Shown piece after piece: positions 13,031-22,957 of a DNA stretch of 64,000 bases. The position numbers and the translations under genes are program-made. The stretch comes from Veleropilina oligotropha (lineage: Eukaryota), in contig JBEUKZ010000065.1 of assembly GCA_048128005.1 (NCBI GenBank), positions 372,001-436,000 of the forward strand, written 5' to 3'. Under the pieces are notes generated by a model that searched no databases, was not told the origin of the DNA, and was given only the letters and a program-made list of their open reading frames with translations. Positions within the stretch are counted from its first letter, which is position 1; each line of letters opens with the position of its first letter.

Positions 13031-13459
13031 TTATATGAATATATAGTTGCCCGATATTAAAGTACAATTACAGGGCGAGATGTGCCCGATTTTTCTCCAC
13101 ACACCGAAGCAGCCAGACAACATGGTATAATACTCCCCATTCTTGCCAGGACATAGTGAGGGGGTCGAACACTGGACACATGTGACAGTATCTCGGGGTG
13201 TGGCAGGGCTACAGTCATTTTCTCCGATAATAAAATAGTGACATGACGATGGGGAGACATCAGGGGTGGGGTGTCCCGGGCGAAGAAGCAAGTTTCTACG
13301 CAAGGGGTCAAATCGGGCGTTATACCTGGGATGATTTCGGTACTTAGCCCACGTATGTTCCAGAATTAATGCAGTGTCGTGTCTCGACGCCTGGGTAGAG
13401 ACACCCCCTAGCCAGCACACCGCGACAATGCACAGTAGCATAGATTTCATGGATTTCAT
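13031..13459 (-). CDS. Predicted secreted cysteine-rich protein
   Basis: Signal-like MKSMLLCIVAVCWLGGVSTQA; 8 Cys in the C-terminal half, including CxxC and a terminal CxC. Confidence 0.65.
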   Translation of the reverse strand: MKSMKSMLLCIVAVCWLGGVSTQASRHDTALILEHTWAKYRNHPRYNARFDPLRRNLLLRPGHPTPDVSPSSCHYFIIGENDCSPATPRDTVTCVQCSTPSLCPGKNGEYYTMLSGCFGVWRKIGHISPCNCTLISGNYIFI

Positions 13460-13541
13460 GGTTGTCCAGATATCACTGTCGATTTCTAGCTTTAATACGG
13501 GGGAGGAGCGGGGTAGTCGTGGCTACGCTCAACCTGGATAG

Positions 13542-14174
13542 TTAGTCGCCAGCTCCGATTTTTTTCAGCAGCTCTGCGCGACCCTCTTTACGACCACGCT
13601 CAATAAGCTCGCTTTGGGTCTGTGAAATCGCGGTGTGCGCCTTCCTACTCTTATCCCGGATTGATGCCTTCATGGCTTGGTATTTCTCCATCTCCCCTGT
13701 GACCAGTTGGAATTCATCATCAGACATCACCCCGTCCGCTAAGGCCTTTGAGACGTGGTCGGTTATGGTATTCAGCTTGCTGTCGGCCAGGACTCGAATC
13801 TCGTCGTGTTTCTTAGCCTTAACCTGGAGGCGGCGGCTGATATATTTTCCACCCATGCTGGCGAGCCCACAACCCAATGCCGCTAATTCCAGCACTAGGA
13901 CCACTGGGGCGGCAACGATTGTGGAAAGTAGTCCAATTCCAGCGCTACCCATACCAAGGGTCGCGACGACTAGCCCGTTATCTATCCCGTCAACGACGTT
14001 AACACCTCGTCGGTACTTTTTATATAATGCAGCCCGTGTGTCCCTCTCTCGTTCTAATTGTCCCTGAAGCTCATTCACTTTCTGTAGTCGGAAGGACTGT
14101 GCCTCATGCAGTTCCGAAATCCCATCGCCACCAAGCTGTGGGTACAGCATTGGCGCTGAGGGTGTGTTGTCCAT
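13542..14174 (-). CDS. Coiled-coil protein with a central hydrophobic hairpin (putative membrane-active virion protein)
   Basis: 210 aa; Gly/Ala-rich double hydrophobic segment flanked by helical regions (KHDEIRVLADSKLNTI...SKALADGVMSDDEF). Confidence 0.75.
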   Translation of the reverse strand: MDNTPSAPMLYPQLGGDGISELHEAQSFRLQKVNELQGQLERERDTRAALYKKYRRGVNVVDGIDNGLVVATLGMGSAGIGLLSTIVAAPVVLVLELAALGCGLASMGGKYISRRLQVKAKKHDEIRVLADSKLNTITDHVSKALADGVMSDDEFQLVTGEMEKYQAMKASIRDKSRKAHTAISQTQSELIERGRKEGRAELLKKIGAGD

Positions 14175-14532
14175 CTATACGTGGCTGTATTGTTCCGCCG
14201 GTTGATTCCCCTTGTCTGCCGTAACGTTCAAATACAGAGTGCCGACCCACGGGGCCTTGATGGCAAAGGCGAGGGTCAACCTGTCCGAATTCAGGCCAAG
14301 CTTACTTATGGAACATGCTTTGGGGCCCCCGGCCGGCTGGACCGGCGTCAGGTGGATCATTAGAAGGGCTGGGTTCAACCCGAACCGACCTCTAGTGTTT
14401 GGAAACATGAACTCCCTCCTCGCCAGCCCCTTATTGGGCGCTACCCCACAATTAAGGACAAAGTGCCACTGGGTCGGGGGGAAGAGGGCTCATCTGCAAG
14501 CAGGGGTAGGGGGAGGGTCCCGTAGATGCTGC

Positions 14533-15273
14533 TCATTGTATCGCAAGGACTGCGGTAATGGGCATGCCGTGATTGTCGATCGGGTTACTGTCTGCGTCTG
14601 TGACGTACACCTTCAACTCTGTGATTAGCCCGGCCTGTAGTCGCCGGCCGGCGGGATAGCTATGATAGTGGCCAGCTTCACCGAACATCTGCGACGTGAT
14701 AGGGACCACCGCGAGAATAGTGCTCGGGGCGCCGTCCTTCACATTGTGCGTTGTACTGAGCTGCTCCAGGTGAACGTGTAGGGTTGGCGCTATGGCAAAC
14801 CCGACAGGCTTATTCCCGTCATAAGTCCCAGGGCGTAGCCACTCGGATCTCTCCGGAGGGGGAGGTGGTTGGCCCTGTACTCCCCGAACCGGTGGGTTCA
14901 GATTCCCTGCTTTATCGAGAATAAACGAAGACAGGTTTAAGCCGAGGAGTTTTCGTATATCGTCGCTTATCGCGAGTCGAGTCCCCTCTGGGACCACGAT
15001 TCGGGCGAGCCCTGTAGCATGGCTTACATCCAGCTGTAGGTTCTTTAGCGACCTCTTCATCGTCTTGGCGAGGTCATCGAAGCTGTAGAAACCTGGTGCC
15101 ACGTCGACCGTGGTATCCGGGGTCTTAAAGAAGGCTCCGGCATGCACATTATGCCAGCCTACCCAATAGTCGAGCGACTGCAAGCTGACACATAGCTTGC
15201 CGTCCCGGTTATCAATCGGCTCCAGGAGGGCAACCGCGGTCCCCTCTTGAACGTTTGTTAATGTGTGGAACAT
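14533..15273 (-). CDS. Putative minor capsid protein (penton, single jelly roll)
   Basis: 246 aa, beta-rich. The C-terminus (STILAVVP...LQAGLITELKVYVTDADSNPIDNHGMPITAVLAI) resembles Polinton pentons; viral gene context supports this. Confidence 0.65.
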   Translation of the reverse strand: MFHTLTNVQEGTAVALLEPIDNRDGKLCVSLQSLDYWVGWHNVHAGAFFKTPDTTVDVAPGFYSFDDLAKTMKRSLKNLQLDVSHATGLARIVVPEGTRLAISDDIRKLLGLNLSSFILDKAGNLNPPVRGVQGQPPPPPERSEWLRPGTYDGNKPVGFAIAPTLHVHLEQLSTTHNVKDGAPSTILAVVPITSQMFGEAGHYHSYPAGRRLQAGLITELKVYVTDADSNPIDNHGMPITAVLAIQ

Positions 15274-15277
15274 AGCT

Positions 15278-16558
15278 ATGGCTAAGAGCGCCTTTGCATT
15301 TAATAGGAGTGCTGCCTATCCGACAGGTGTGGTGTACCCAGCAAAGATCAAAGATGAGCAGCTTACGAGACCAAGCATCAATGTGGGTAATGGCTCAACC
15401 ACGACATTCGGGGCAACATACCCCGACGTCTTTCAGAAATACCGCCTCCCTCACGTCGCTAGTGACGGGCTGATAAGGGCCTGGCAGACCACGCCGATGC
15501 GGTTCTGGCAGAACAAAGTCAATTTCGCAGTTTGGTGTGCCACAACAGGTTCCGGTATCTCCTCAGAAGACCACTTGAATGCTACTGCAGCCCCCCTCTC
15601 CACTGCTGTATTCACCTTCCACGTCTACTATCAGGTCAGAAGGATCTTGACCGAGATTCAGGCGCCGCTGCCACAAGACAGGACGTGGGACGCATTCGAC
15701 ACTCCGTATGATCGAAGAGCATATGAGAAGATCTGCAGCGAGTTTGGAGTCTCTCCCCATACCGACTGGCGTGTCAAGGGTCCCAATAAAGGGCTCGGCA
15801 CTGCCTACAACTACTGGACGAACAACGGATACCACTCCATCGGAAAGGATTACGATCCCAGCTGGATGTCCTTCGCCAAAACGAAGGACCTACATGTGGA
15901 CTATATAGCACAGGATGCAGGCACTTCGTGGGCTACTGTTATTCTGGACAAGTCGGTGGGATTCACCCAGGCCGGCGTGGAGAGGCTCAATGATTCCATT
16001 AGGACCTATGTCTGGGCGATTCTTGGAGCGCAGGCTCAGACACGCACAAGTATTCTGGGGAGTGGTACCGCATTCGACGCGCAAAAGCAATTTCTGTCAA
16101 ACGTCGAAGACGCAATCGCATCGCCAGTGGACCTCCCTGCAGCCATCAAACGGTACCAGGACGTTTTGCAGTATGCCAGGTCTAAAGTAGACTTCGTATT
16201 CGGCGTCGGCCTTTACATGGCGCCAAGTGACATGCTCCTTCGGGTAGGGCATGTGGCTGGGTATAACAACGAAATCGTCGTTGCCACGGAAGCCCAGACC
16301 CTAGGTCTTAATACTACGGTCAACGCGGCCAATCCTGTGCCGCTCAACGCCACTGGGGAGACTGGAGAAACAGGATTGGTCATCCCACAAGACGCCGTCT
16401 TACCCGCAGATGCGGTCACTCCAAAGCATCGTGGCTCTCTGCCGGCTGTGGCGCCAGTGGCAGCTGTTTCAGCTGGGGCAACCAAACATGACGAGGATAA
16501 AACCGCACTTATCGTGGGCGGCATTGTCGTTGGCCTAGCGTTCATTTGGCTTACGTGA
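15278..16558 (+). CDS. Uncharacterised viral protein with a C-terminal transmembrane anchor
   Basis: 426-aa ORF from ATG 15278, ending TALIVGGIVVGLAFIWLT. Confidence 0.8.
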   Translation: MAKSAFAFNRSAAYPTGVVYPAKIKDEQLTRPSINVGNGSTTTFGATYPDVFQKYRLPHVASDGLIRAWQTTPMRFWQNKVNFAVWCATTGSGISSEDHLNATAAPLSTAVFTFHVYYQVRRILTEIQAPLPQDRTWDAFDTPYDRRAYEKICSEFGVSPHTDWRVKGPNKGLGTAYNYWTNNGYHSIGKDYDPSWMSFAKTKDLHVDYIAQDAGTSWATVILDKSVGFTQAGVERLNDSIRTYVWAILGAQAQTRTSILGSGTAFDAQKQFLSNVEDAIASPVDLPAAIKRYQDVLQYARSKVDFVFGVGLYMAPSDMLLRVGHVAGYNNEIVVATEAQTLGLNTTVNAANPVPLNATGETGETGLVIPQDAVLPADAVTPKHRGSLPAVAPVAAVSAGATKHDEDKTALIVGGIVVGLAFIWLT

Positions 16559-17867
16559 CCCACTGTCTAGCGGCAATAAGAAGCAAGCCCCCAACTGATA
16601 TGACCAGTGCCCATAGGTTTTCAGCGAGCCACGATGCTGTCTTGCCAATCAGGTTGATTAGCCAGGAGACCAGGCTTCCAAGTATTCCGGGGAGCGCGGC
16701 TGCGGCCTTCCCTGCTAGTTTGCCTAGAATCCTTCCCAGGTTCTGCAGCTGCTTTTTGACCCACTCCTTGACCCCGCCCTGACCACTGGGAGGTGGTGGT
16801 GTTGGTGGTATGCTCGGCGCTCCGCCTGTCAGGGCTAGTACCAAAGTCGAGATGGCCAACCCAATAGCGGTCAGTATGGTTGCGATCGTGACCCCCTGCT
16901 CGCGAAATAGGGTCCGGATACGCTCGGCCAGCGTGGTATCTGAGTGGAGTATCCGATTTAGCATCTCTCGGATCCGGCTGATTTGAGAGCGTAGGGCCTC
17001 CCGGCTTGATGAGGCTGCCTCTAGGCGAGCTGCTCGTTCATCGTTTAAGTTGCGCAGACGTTCCGCGATCCGTCGACGAATAAACTCATCCACACCGCCC
17101 TCTTCATCGGCCCGATCGAGCTTGCTCTTCTCCAGCTCTATGTGTTCGTCCAGCGCCGTTAGTTTGGCTAGATTGTTAGTGAGCTCGCCTCGAATGGTCT
17201 GCATCGCCTTGTCAAGTCCGCGAAGCTCGCGGAGGTTTAATGGAGGGTCCCCCATTGTGCCTAAGATTTCTTCAACCTCGGTATCAGTGAATTCCGTCTC
17301 CATCGTGTGGATTGCTACCGAGGCATCAGTAGCAGTCTGCCCCAAGTCCCGCAGTTCTACGTTTTCGACGTTCGCCGCAGCACCGCTCAACTCAGTGTCG
17401 GCTGCCTGAAGAGCTGCAACCGCTTTTGAGGACAGCTTTTGTCCCCCCCCTCCCCGCTTCCAGTTTACAAAACCCAGATCTCGGATGGCATCACCCCCAC
17501 CAGGCCGGCCAGCTATTGTTGACAACGACAAGGGGTTGCCGGTGCGAGAATTGATGAGATTGATGTCGGGGTGGTCCGTCATCATCAATTTTCCCCCCCG
17601 CCCTAATTTTCCCGCCACGTACTTGAATTTTGAATAATGTCGCCCTGCTGCGGGGGTCTGCCCCTCCTGTGCCAGGGCTTTGTAGTAGTCGTCAACCACG
17701 CCCTGAACGAGCTCTTGCCGCAGACTGCTGGTTCCTTCCTGTGGCCGTTCCGAAAGAACAGGCATAAACCGGTCGGTGGATCTATCCACATCAATATCGT
17801 CGACGATGGTATCATCGTTGTCGATGAGATCGTCAGGCTCGAATGCGGGGTTCTCGAATTCCGCCAT
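16551..17867 (-). CDS. Coiled-coil protein with C-terminal membrane segments
   Basis: 438 aa; long heptad region, then GVTIATILTAIGLAISTLVLALTGG, a Pro-rich linker, an amphipathic helix and LWALVISVGGLLLIAA. Confidence 0.8.
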   Translation of the reverse strand: MAEFENPAFEPDDLIDNDDTIVDDIDVDRSTDRFMPVLSERPQEGTSSLRQELVQGVVDDYYKALAQEGQTPAAGRHYSKFKYVAGKLGRGGKLMMTDHPDINLINSRTGNPLSLSTIAGRPGGGDAIRDLGFVNWKRGGGGQKLSSKAVAALQAADTELSGAAANVENVELRDLGQTATDASVAIHTMETEFTDTEVEEILGTMGDPPLNLRELRGLDKAMQTIRGELTNNLAKLTALDEHIELEKSKLDRADEEGGVDEFIRRRIAERLRNLNDERAARLEAASSSREALRSQISRIREMLNRILHSDTTLAERIRTLFREQGVTIATILTAIGLAISTLVLALTGGAPSIPPTPPPPSGQGGVKEWVKKQLQNLGRILGKLAGKAAAALPGILGSLVSWLINLIGKTASWLAENLWALVISVGGLLLIAARQWVT

Positions 17868-17903
17868 TTGAATACATCAGTGGGATACGCATCTAATTCC
17901 GCC

Positions 17904-19205
17904 ATGACCAGCGTATACGGACGCAAGCTTAATCCATACCGCAGACTGCGTGAGCCCCTCGCGGTCAAGGGCATCCGCCAGTCGGTCACGATTACAAACA
18001 ATCCATCAACGATTGCCCCGAACCAGCAGCTCCTGGTTCGGTTCCCTAATCTCGGGGCGAATGACGTGATCGTTCCAGGGACTGCCCACCTTGCATTTAC
18101 CATCTCTCTGACCTCGGTAAATGCGAATAGGACTGTAGTGCAAAATATCGGCCGTGCCGTGATCAGAAAGACCACGATAAAGATAAGTGGAAACGAGATC
18201 ATGTCGATTGACGACTCCGACGTGTACCACTGCTACTGCGATCTCTGGAAGACCACAGGGGAGCGCAAGAACGCCCAGTACCAGGGGATTGATACCAGCG
18301 ATGGACACAACACTACGAAGCATCGTGTTGGTGCGGCAGACGCCTTCAGACTGTCTGAGGATGTCGCGGTCGCGGCCGCGTATGGTAACCGATTCCGCAT
18401 CCCGCTGGATTTCGAGCTGTTGGAAAGTCACATGCCATTCTATCAAAGCGCCCTTGGAGACCGTCTCGAGTATGAGCTAACGTTCAACGACTACTCCCGG
18501 ACTATCCGGGAAACGGACGACTCCGGTTCCAGCTATTCCATCGACAATATATCCCTCGAATATGACATGGTAACCCAATCCGAGCTTGCCAGACGGATTC
18601 GAAATCAATACCAGGGTCAACTCGTAATCCTGTACGACCGTGTTCTCCGGCATCGGAAGCTCACCCTAGACAAGAGCGACTCGTTGTGGAATATGAATGT
18701 GAACGTACCGGCGAGGTCGATGAAAGGAATACTACTGTTGTTCGAGGACCCTGCGAGAGACGCCGCGCCATTCTCTCGCGATACTGAGGCCTTCTATAAT
18801 CCGAAGATCACAAAGGTCGAGGTCACAATCGAGGGTGTCCCGAATCAAATCTACAGCCAGGGCATGCGAACATACTAGATCTGGGAAGAAGCCAAGAAAA
18901 TGTTCGCCTCCGGCAGCAGCAAGCGGCATCCTGAGGTCGCGATGGTCGCAAAGGACTTGGAGATGGCAGACGTCACCCTGGGCGAATTTCTGACTAAGAA
19001 ATTTGCGCTCTGGATCGATATGCGGGTAACTGACGACGATCAGTTGCACGGGTCAGGCCGGAGGGTCGAGAACGCCAGCGAAGGCATTACTATTCAGATC
19101 ACTAAAACAGCCGAAGCGGCCGGTCCACTGAACGTCTACGAGTTCGTGATCATGGACGCACAGCTGAATATCGAGAATGGCCGATTCGTCGAAGCACTGT
19201 ACTAA
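17904..19205 (+). pseudogene. Major capsid protein (putative double jelly roll) with one in-frame stop
   Basis: ORFs 17637..18878 and 18900..19205 are in the same frame, separated only by TAG at 18876-18878, giving ~433 aa. Beta-rich and adjacent to the packaging ATPase. Confidence 0.75.
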
Positions 19206-19809
19206 ACGATTTCCGCACACCAAGGACCCCCACTCCGCAATCATCTGCGGCCAGACCGGTTGTGGGAAGACGGTTTTCATGCTTGAACTGCTGGAAGGGG
19301 AGTATCGAGGCGTCTTCCGGCATATCGTGATCCTCTGCCCCACGATCAAGTACAACAAGGCATACCAGTCTTGTCCGTGGATCTGGACCGACCCTGAGGT
19401 GTATTTGATCCCCCCAGGTGAGCGACTCCATGACTGGCTGCGGGGGTTCTACCGACTGTTCCAGGGGGAATCAACTTTATATATCATCGACGATTGCGCC
19501 GCGAGCAAGGCTATGGCAAAGAAAAAAGAGATGCTGACCGAGTTGGCCTTCAGCGGAAGGCATGCTTCCCAGAGTGTATGGGTAGTGACGCAAAAGTACA
19601 ACTCGGTCTTGAAGGAGCTCCGAGAGCAGATTCGCTGGGTCGCGCTGTTTCACTGCAAGGACCGCGACAGCTATGAAGACTGTCTTCGGGAGAACGATGT
19701 GATCACGTCGCGGGACGAGAGAACCGCGGTTCGCCGGCTGTTGTCCGAGACACGACACGCTAAGCTTCTGTTGAAAACTGATCAGCCCGTTGCTTATAGT
19801 GTGCTTTAG
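19177..19809 (+). CDS. A32-like (FtsK/HerA superfamily) genome-packaging ATPase
   Basis: Walker A GQTGCGKT, Walker B LYIIDD and the family motif SGRH...VWVVTQ. Confidence 0.92.
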   Translation: MADSSKHCTKRFPHTKDPHSAIICGQTGCGKTVFMLELLEGEYRGVFRHIVILCPTIKYNKAYQSCPWIWTDPEVYLIPPGERLHDWLRGFYRLFQGESTLYIIDDCAASKAMAKKKEMLTELAFSGRHASQSVWVVTQKYNSVLKELREQIRWVALFHCKDRDSYEDCLRENDVITSRDERTAVRRLLSETRHAKLLLKTDQPVAYSVL

Positions 19810-19840
19810 CATCTGCCTAGCATCTACAGCACTACCTAGC

Positions 19841-20581
19841 ATGTCGGACGCTGTATATCTAGCTTTTGCTTGCAGCCAGAGCCTAATCTTGCTCCTACTC
19901 GCAACGTTATGGTATTGGCATTATCGCTATATTAGACTGACGAGGAGATGTTGGAAACGCTTAAGGATGGACAGCCTCATCGATCAACTTATGGATGACG
20001 AACAAGAAATGACCGTGGCCGGGCCACCCCGCTCGATGCCCGAGGACCCTAAAACCGGCGTAGCAGAGAAACGGGAGAGGCTTGCAGCATTAGCCATTGG
20101 ACGACAGGCAGGCAAATACTTGGGGGGGAGCAACCTCACAGTTGACCGGATCGACGCTATGACCGACGAAGAGGTTGAAAAACACTACGCACGGTATAAA
20201 GTGAGGTTAGGTGCGGAGATGACGAAGACCCTGGGGACTGCAGCTATAAACCTCTATGCGGGGGCAGCTGGGATGCTCTTGCCCATCCCACCACAAAATC
20301 AGCTACGTTTGATCGCTGACCTCGAGGCCGACCCTTTCATCTCACATGCGCTGTGCACTGCAAGCTGTGAGCTGTATCACAAGTACGGCATGTACCTCGC
20401 ACCGCTGACCGCAGCGTTGACCACGGCTAAGCACTGCCGATTTGGACACGTCTGCCCGCCTAAAATACCAGAGCGAGATCAAGATGACAACGCAGGAAGT
20501 GGACCAAACGATGTCGAGCCAGCCGATCGAGAGCCAGCCGATAGAGAGGGTGACTTCATCGACAGACTCATCAGTGAGTAA
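19841..20581 (+). CDS. Uncharacterised viral protein (start codon uncertain)
   Basis: Long ORF tiling with its neighbours, with an N-terminal hydrophobic segment. Confidence 0.7.
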   Translation: MSDAVYLAFACSQSLILLLLATLWYWHYRYIRLTRRCWKRLRMDSLIDQLMDDEQEMTVAGPPRSMPEDPKTGVAEKRERLAALAIGRQAGKYLGGSNLTVDRIDAMTDEEVEKHYARYKVRLGAEMTKTLGTAAINLYAGAAGMLLPIPPQNQLRLIADLEADPFISHALCTASCELYHKYGMYLAPLTAALTTAKHCRFGHVCPPKIPERDQDDNAGSGPNDVEPADREPADREGDFIDRLISE

Positions 20582-20975
20582 AAAGGACCCGAAAAAAGTG
20601 GCTGCAGGTCGGGCCGGCGCTGCTGCTCGAAAAGCCAAGCAGGAGAAGCTACTGGCCGCGGTTCGAAAAATGAAAGAAGACCTGAGTGCCCCAACAAGTG
20701 TTGTCGTTCCATCAGAACAGCCCGGGGAGGCGGTTCCAGCCGCAGAAAGACCGCGTGCGCCAGATACACGGAAATCGGACCTATTTAATTGGACCCAGGT
20801 AGCCGTCGCTGCCGGTACGGTTGCGTTGGTATTTGTTGTCTGGAAGACGTCCTCAGAACGCAGCAACCCTGGTCCATCCACACCACATCAACAGCCACCA
20901 GACGCGGACGCTAGGCAGCCTCGGGCCGCCCCCACTATCGAATTGAAGAAGCAGAACCCTTTTCATATGCAATAG
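20484..20975 (+). CDS. Basic, Ala-rich protein with one hydrophobic segment
   Basis: KKDPKKVAAGRAGAAARKAKQEK followed by VAVAAGTVALVFVVW. Confidence 0.7.
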   Translation: MTTQEVDQTMSSQPIESQPIERVTSSTDSSVSKKDPKKVAAGRAGAAARKAKQEKLLAAVRKMKEDLSAPTSVVVPSEQPGEAVPAAERPRAPDTRKSDLFNWTQVAVAAGTVALVFVVWKTSSERSNPGPSTPHQQPPDADARQPRAAPTIELKKQNPFHMQ

Positions 20976-21000
20976 TCGCAAACGGTACTAATCAACAGTT

Positions 21001-21240
21001 ATGACTACCCCAATCACTGATGGAAAGATGCTCGGCAACGCTGTATACCACGCCGCTATAGTGTCAGGCCTCGCCATAGGCTACGCACGCCTGACAAAGA
21101 TGGTATTCAAGGGGGCGAGCCCCAAACTTGACTTCACGGGGTACGATGTCGGGATGGTCGTCCTCGACGTAGCGCTCGCCATGGCGACGAAGGACATGCT
21201 GATCAAGCAAGGCATCATTCCGGCCGACGTTTTGAAGTAG
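21001..21240 (+). CDS. Small hydrophobic viral protein
   Basis: 79-aa ATG-initiated ORF in the co-oriented cluster, with two hydrophobic stretches. Confidence 0.7.
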   Translation: MTTPITDGKMLGNAVYHAAIVSGLAIGYARLTKMVFKGASPKLDFTGYDVGMVVLDVALAMATKDMLIKQGIIPADVLK

Positions 21241-21271
21241 TGTGACCTTGCTAGATAATCGCAGCATTTCA

Positions 21272-21703
21272 ATGGCTTCCATTGCGATGCTGGTTGGGGG
21301 CGCTCTCGTCAACGCCCTCGCCTTCAGCGGCTCCAACTTCCTCTTCTCGAAGCTACGCAGCTCCGGTGTTGATGCGGAGCGTAAACGTCACGACATTGCT
21401 GTAGAGCAGCTCAACGCCGCTCAGACTAAATGGTCCCAAAAGAGGGCAGAGTGTCTCGACTGGCTGAACGTTGAACTTCGCCGCCAGGGTCATGCTGTTG
21501 GCACATTCCGGGATGTTGACGCCACAATCCGTGAGTATGCATTGATCACCGGCAAGAACCTTGACCCCACCGCTATAGGAGGTGGCCCTGAGCCCCAGCT
21601 GTCTGACTACTACACACCGAGCGATGGCCAGAAGGGACGTGAGATCACCTTCATCATCCTGGGGATGGCTGCGACCGGGTTGGTCGCCTACAAGCTCGCC
21701 TAA
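21272..21703 (+). CDS. Small protein with N- and C-terminal hydrophobic segments
   Basis: MASIAMLVGGALVNALAFSGSNFLF...ITFIILGMAATGLVAYKLA. Confidence 0.7.
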   Translation: MASIAMLVGGALVNALAFSGSNFLFSKLRSSGVDAERKRHDIAVEQLNAAQTKWSQKRAECLDWLNVELRRQGHAVGTFRDVDATIREYALITGKNLDPTAIGGGPEPQLSDYYTPSDGQKGREITFIILGMAATGLVAYKLA

Positions 21704-21744
21704 TTATTTCCAGTGGACATTTTTTTCGTGTGCCAGGTATAATA

Positions 21745-21966
21745 ATGGGGCTCCCAGAAGAGCTGTACTGCGCTATGCTTGCGGTCGGCTATAGTACTAC
21801 GTTACTCGACTGCTGGCGCCGCGACGAAAAGACTATGGTGCGGTTCGCGGTCCTGGTGCTCTCGGGCCCGACCAACCTTTGGGAGACGACTGCGCAGCGA
21901 CCGGCTCCGGAAGCTGAAGCCTGTTGGAGACTGATCAGTTTACTGGAATACATTGCTGATGGATAG
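21745..21966 (+). CDS. Small hypothetical protein
   Basis: 73-aa ORF whose stop overlaps the integrase start. Confidence 0.4.
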   Translation: MGLPEELYCAMLAVGYSTTLLDCWRRDEKTMVRFAVLVLSGPTNLWETTAQRPAPEAEACWRLISLLEYIADG

Positions 21967-22957
21967 TAAGCTTGCGAGGATATACTACAGCCCTAAGGGC
22001 TACTGGAAAGGCATTGCCGCGATAAAGAAACTAGCTGAGGCTGCCAAGGCGTCTGAAGTGGAGGCCCGGACATGGCTTAAGAGGCAGGCTATATGGCAGA
22101 TCTATTTACCTGCGCCACGGCGGATTCCAAGACCACGGTTTGACGTTACGACGCCGAACGAGGTTCACCAAGCCGATCTCCTGTTTCTGCCCCATGACAA
22201 GGTCGGCCGTAAAACGTACAAGTACGCTTTGACTGTGGTTGATGTGGCCAGTCGCTTTAAAGAGGCTGAGCCTCTGGTCACAAAAGAGGCCAAAGGGGTT
22301 GCTGAAGCACTAGCCCGAATCTACAGGCGGAGTCCTCTTGGCTGGCCGAAACTGCTTCAAGTCGATCCAGGGCGAGAGTTTATGGGCGCGGTTTCCCAGC
22401 TGCTGGCAAAGAATAACGTCGAGGTTAGGCGTGGCCATGTGGATATCCATCGCGATCAGGGCATTGTGGAGCGCTTCAACCGGACGCTCGCTGAGCGGCT
22501 CTTCGGGCACCAGTATGCAACAGAGATGCGGTTTGCAGAGTCTGCGAAAGAGGGTCAAAGGTCAACTGAGTGGGTCGCCCGGTTAGCAGCTGTAGTTGCG
22601 GCCTTGAATGGGGAAGTGACCAGGCTGACCGGTAAAAAGCCCAAGGACGCCATCAAGGCACCTCGCGTTGCCCAAAAGCCAGGCGCCACTGTTCCAGGCC
22701 GACAGGGGAAGGAACAGAAACTCCCCTCTGACGTAGATGTTCGCTACCTTTACTACGATGGTGAGCTGGAGGGGGGTCATCGCCGTGCTACTGACCCGGT
22801 GTGGTCTCTAAAAGTTTACAGGCTTGGACGCTCCATCACTAAGCCTGACGAGCCTGTGCTCTACTACTTGCTGGATGGACCACCGCGTGGCTTCGTTCGT
22901 GAGGAACTGCTCGTGGTGCCTCGTGATACCCAGCTGCCGCCGGTTCTCAGGCGTTAA
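21959..22957 (+). CDS. Retroviral-type (rve, DDE) integrase, Polinton class
   Basis: HQADLLFL...LTVVDVASRF...LQVDPGREF...GIVERFNRTL; the D, D and E catalytic residues are intact. Confidence 0.95.
   Translation: MDSKLARIYYSPKGYWKGIAAIKKLAEAAKASEVEARTWLKRQAIWQIYLPAPRRIPRPRFDVTTPNEVHQADLLFLPHDKVGRKTYKYALTVVDVASRFKEAEPLVTKEAKGVAEALARIYRRSPLGWPKLLQVDPGREFMGAVSQLLAKNNVEVRRGHVDIHRDQGIVERFNRTLAERLFGHQYATEMRFAESAKEGQRSTEWVARLAAVVAALNGEVTRLTGKKPKDAIKAPRVAQKPGATVPGRQGKEQKLPSDVDVRYLYYDGELEGGHRRATDPVWSLKVYRLGRSITKPDEPVLYYLLDGPPRGFVREELLVVPRDTQLPPVLRR

Noticed and set aside
14175..14532. Possible additional small viral gene between the penton and the 210-aa ORF
   Set aside because: Only a 77-aa ORF with upstream stops and no recognisable motif; it may be a frameshifted gene but cannot be supported from this copy alone.
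17637..17903. N-terminal extension of the 413-aa capsid ORF
   Set aside because: It overlaps the opposite-strand 438-aa gene; ATG 17904 in a GCCATG context is the more plausible start.
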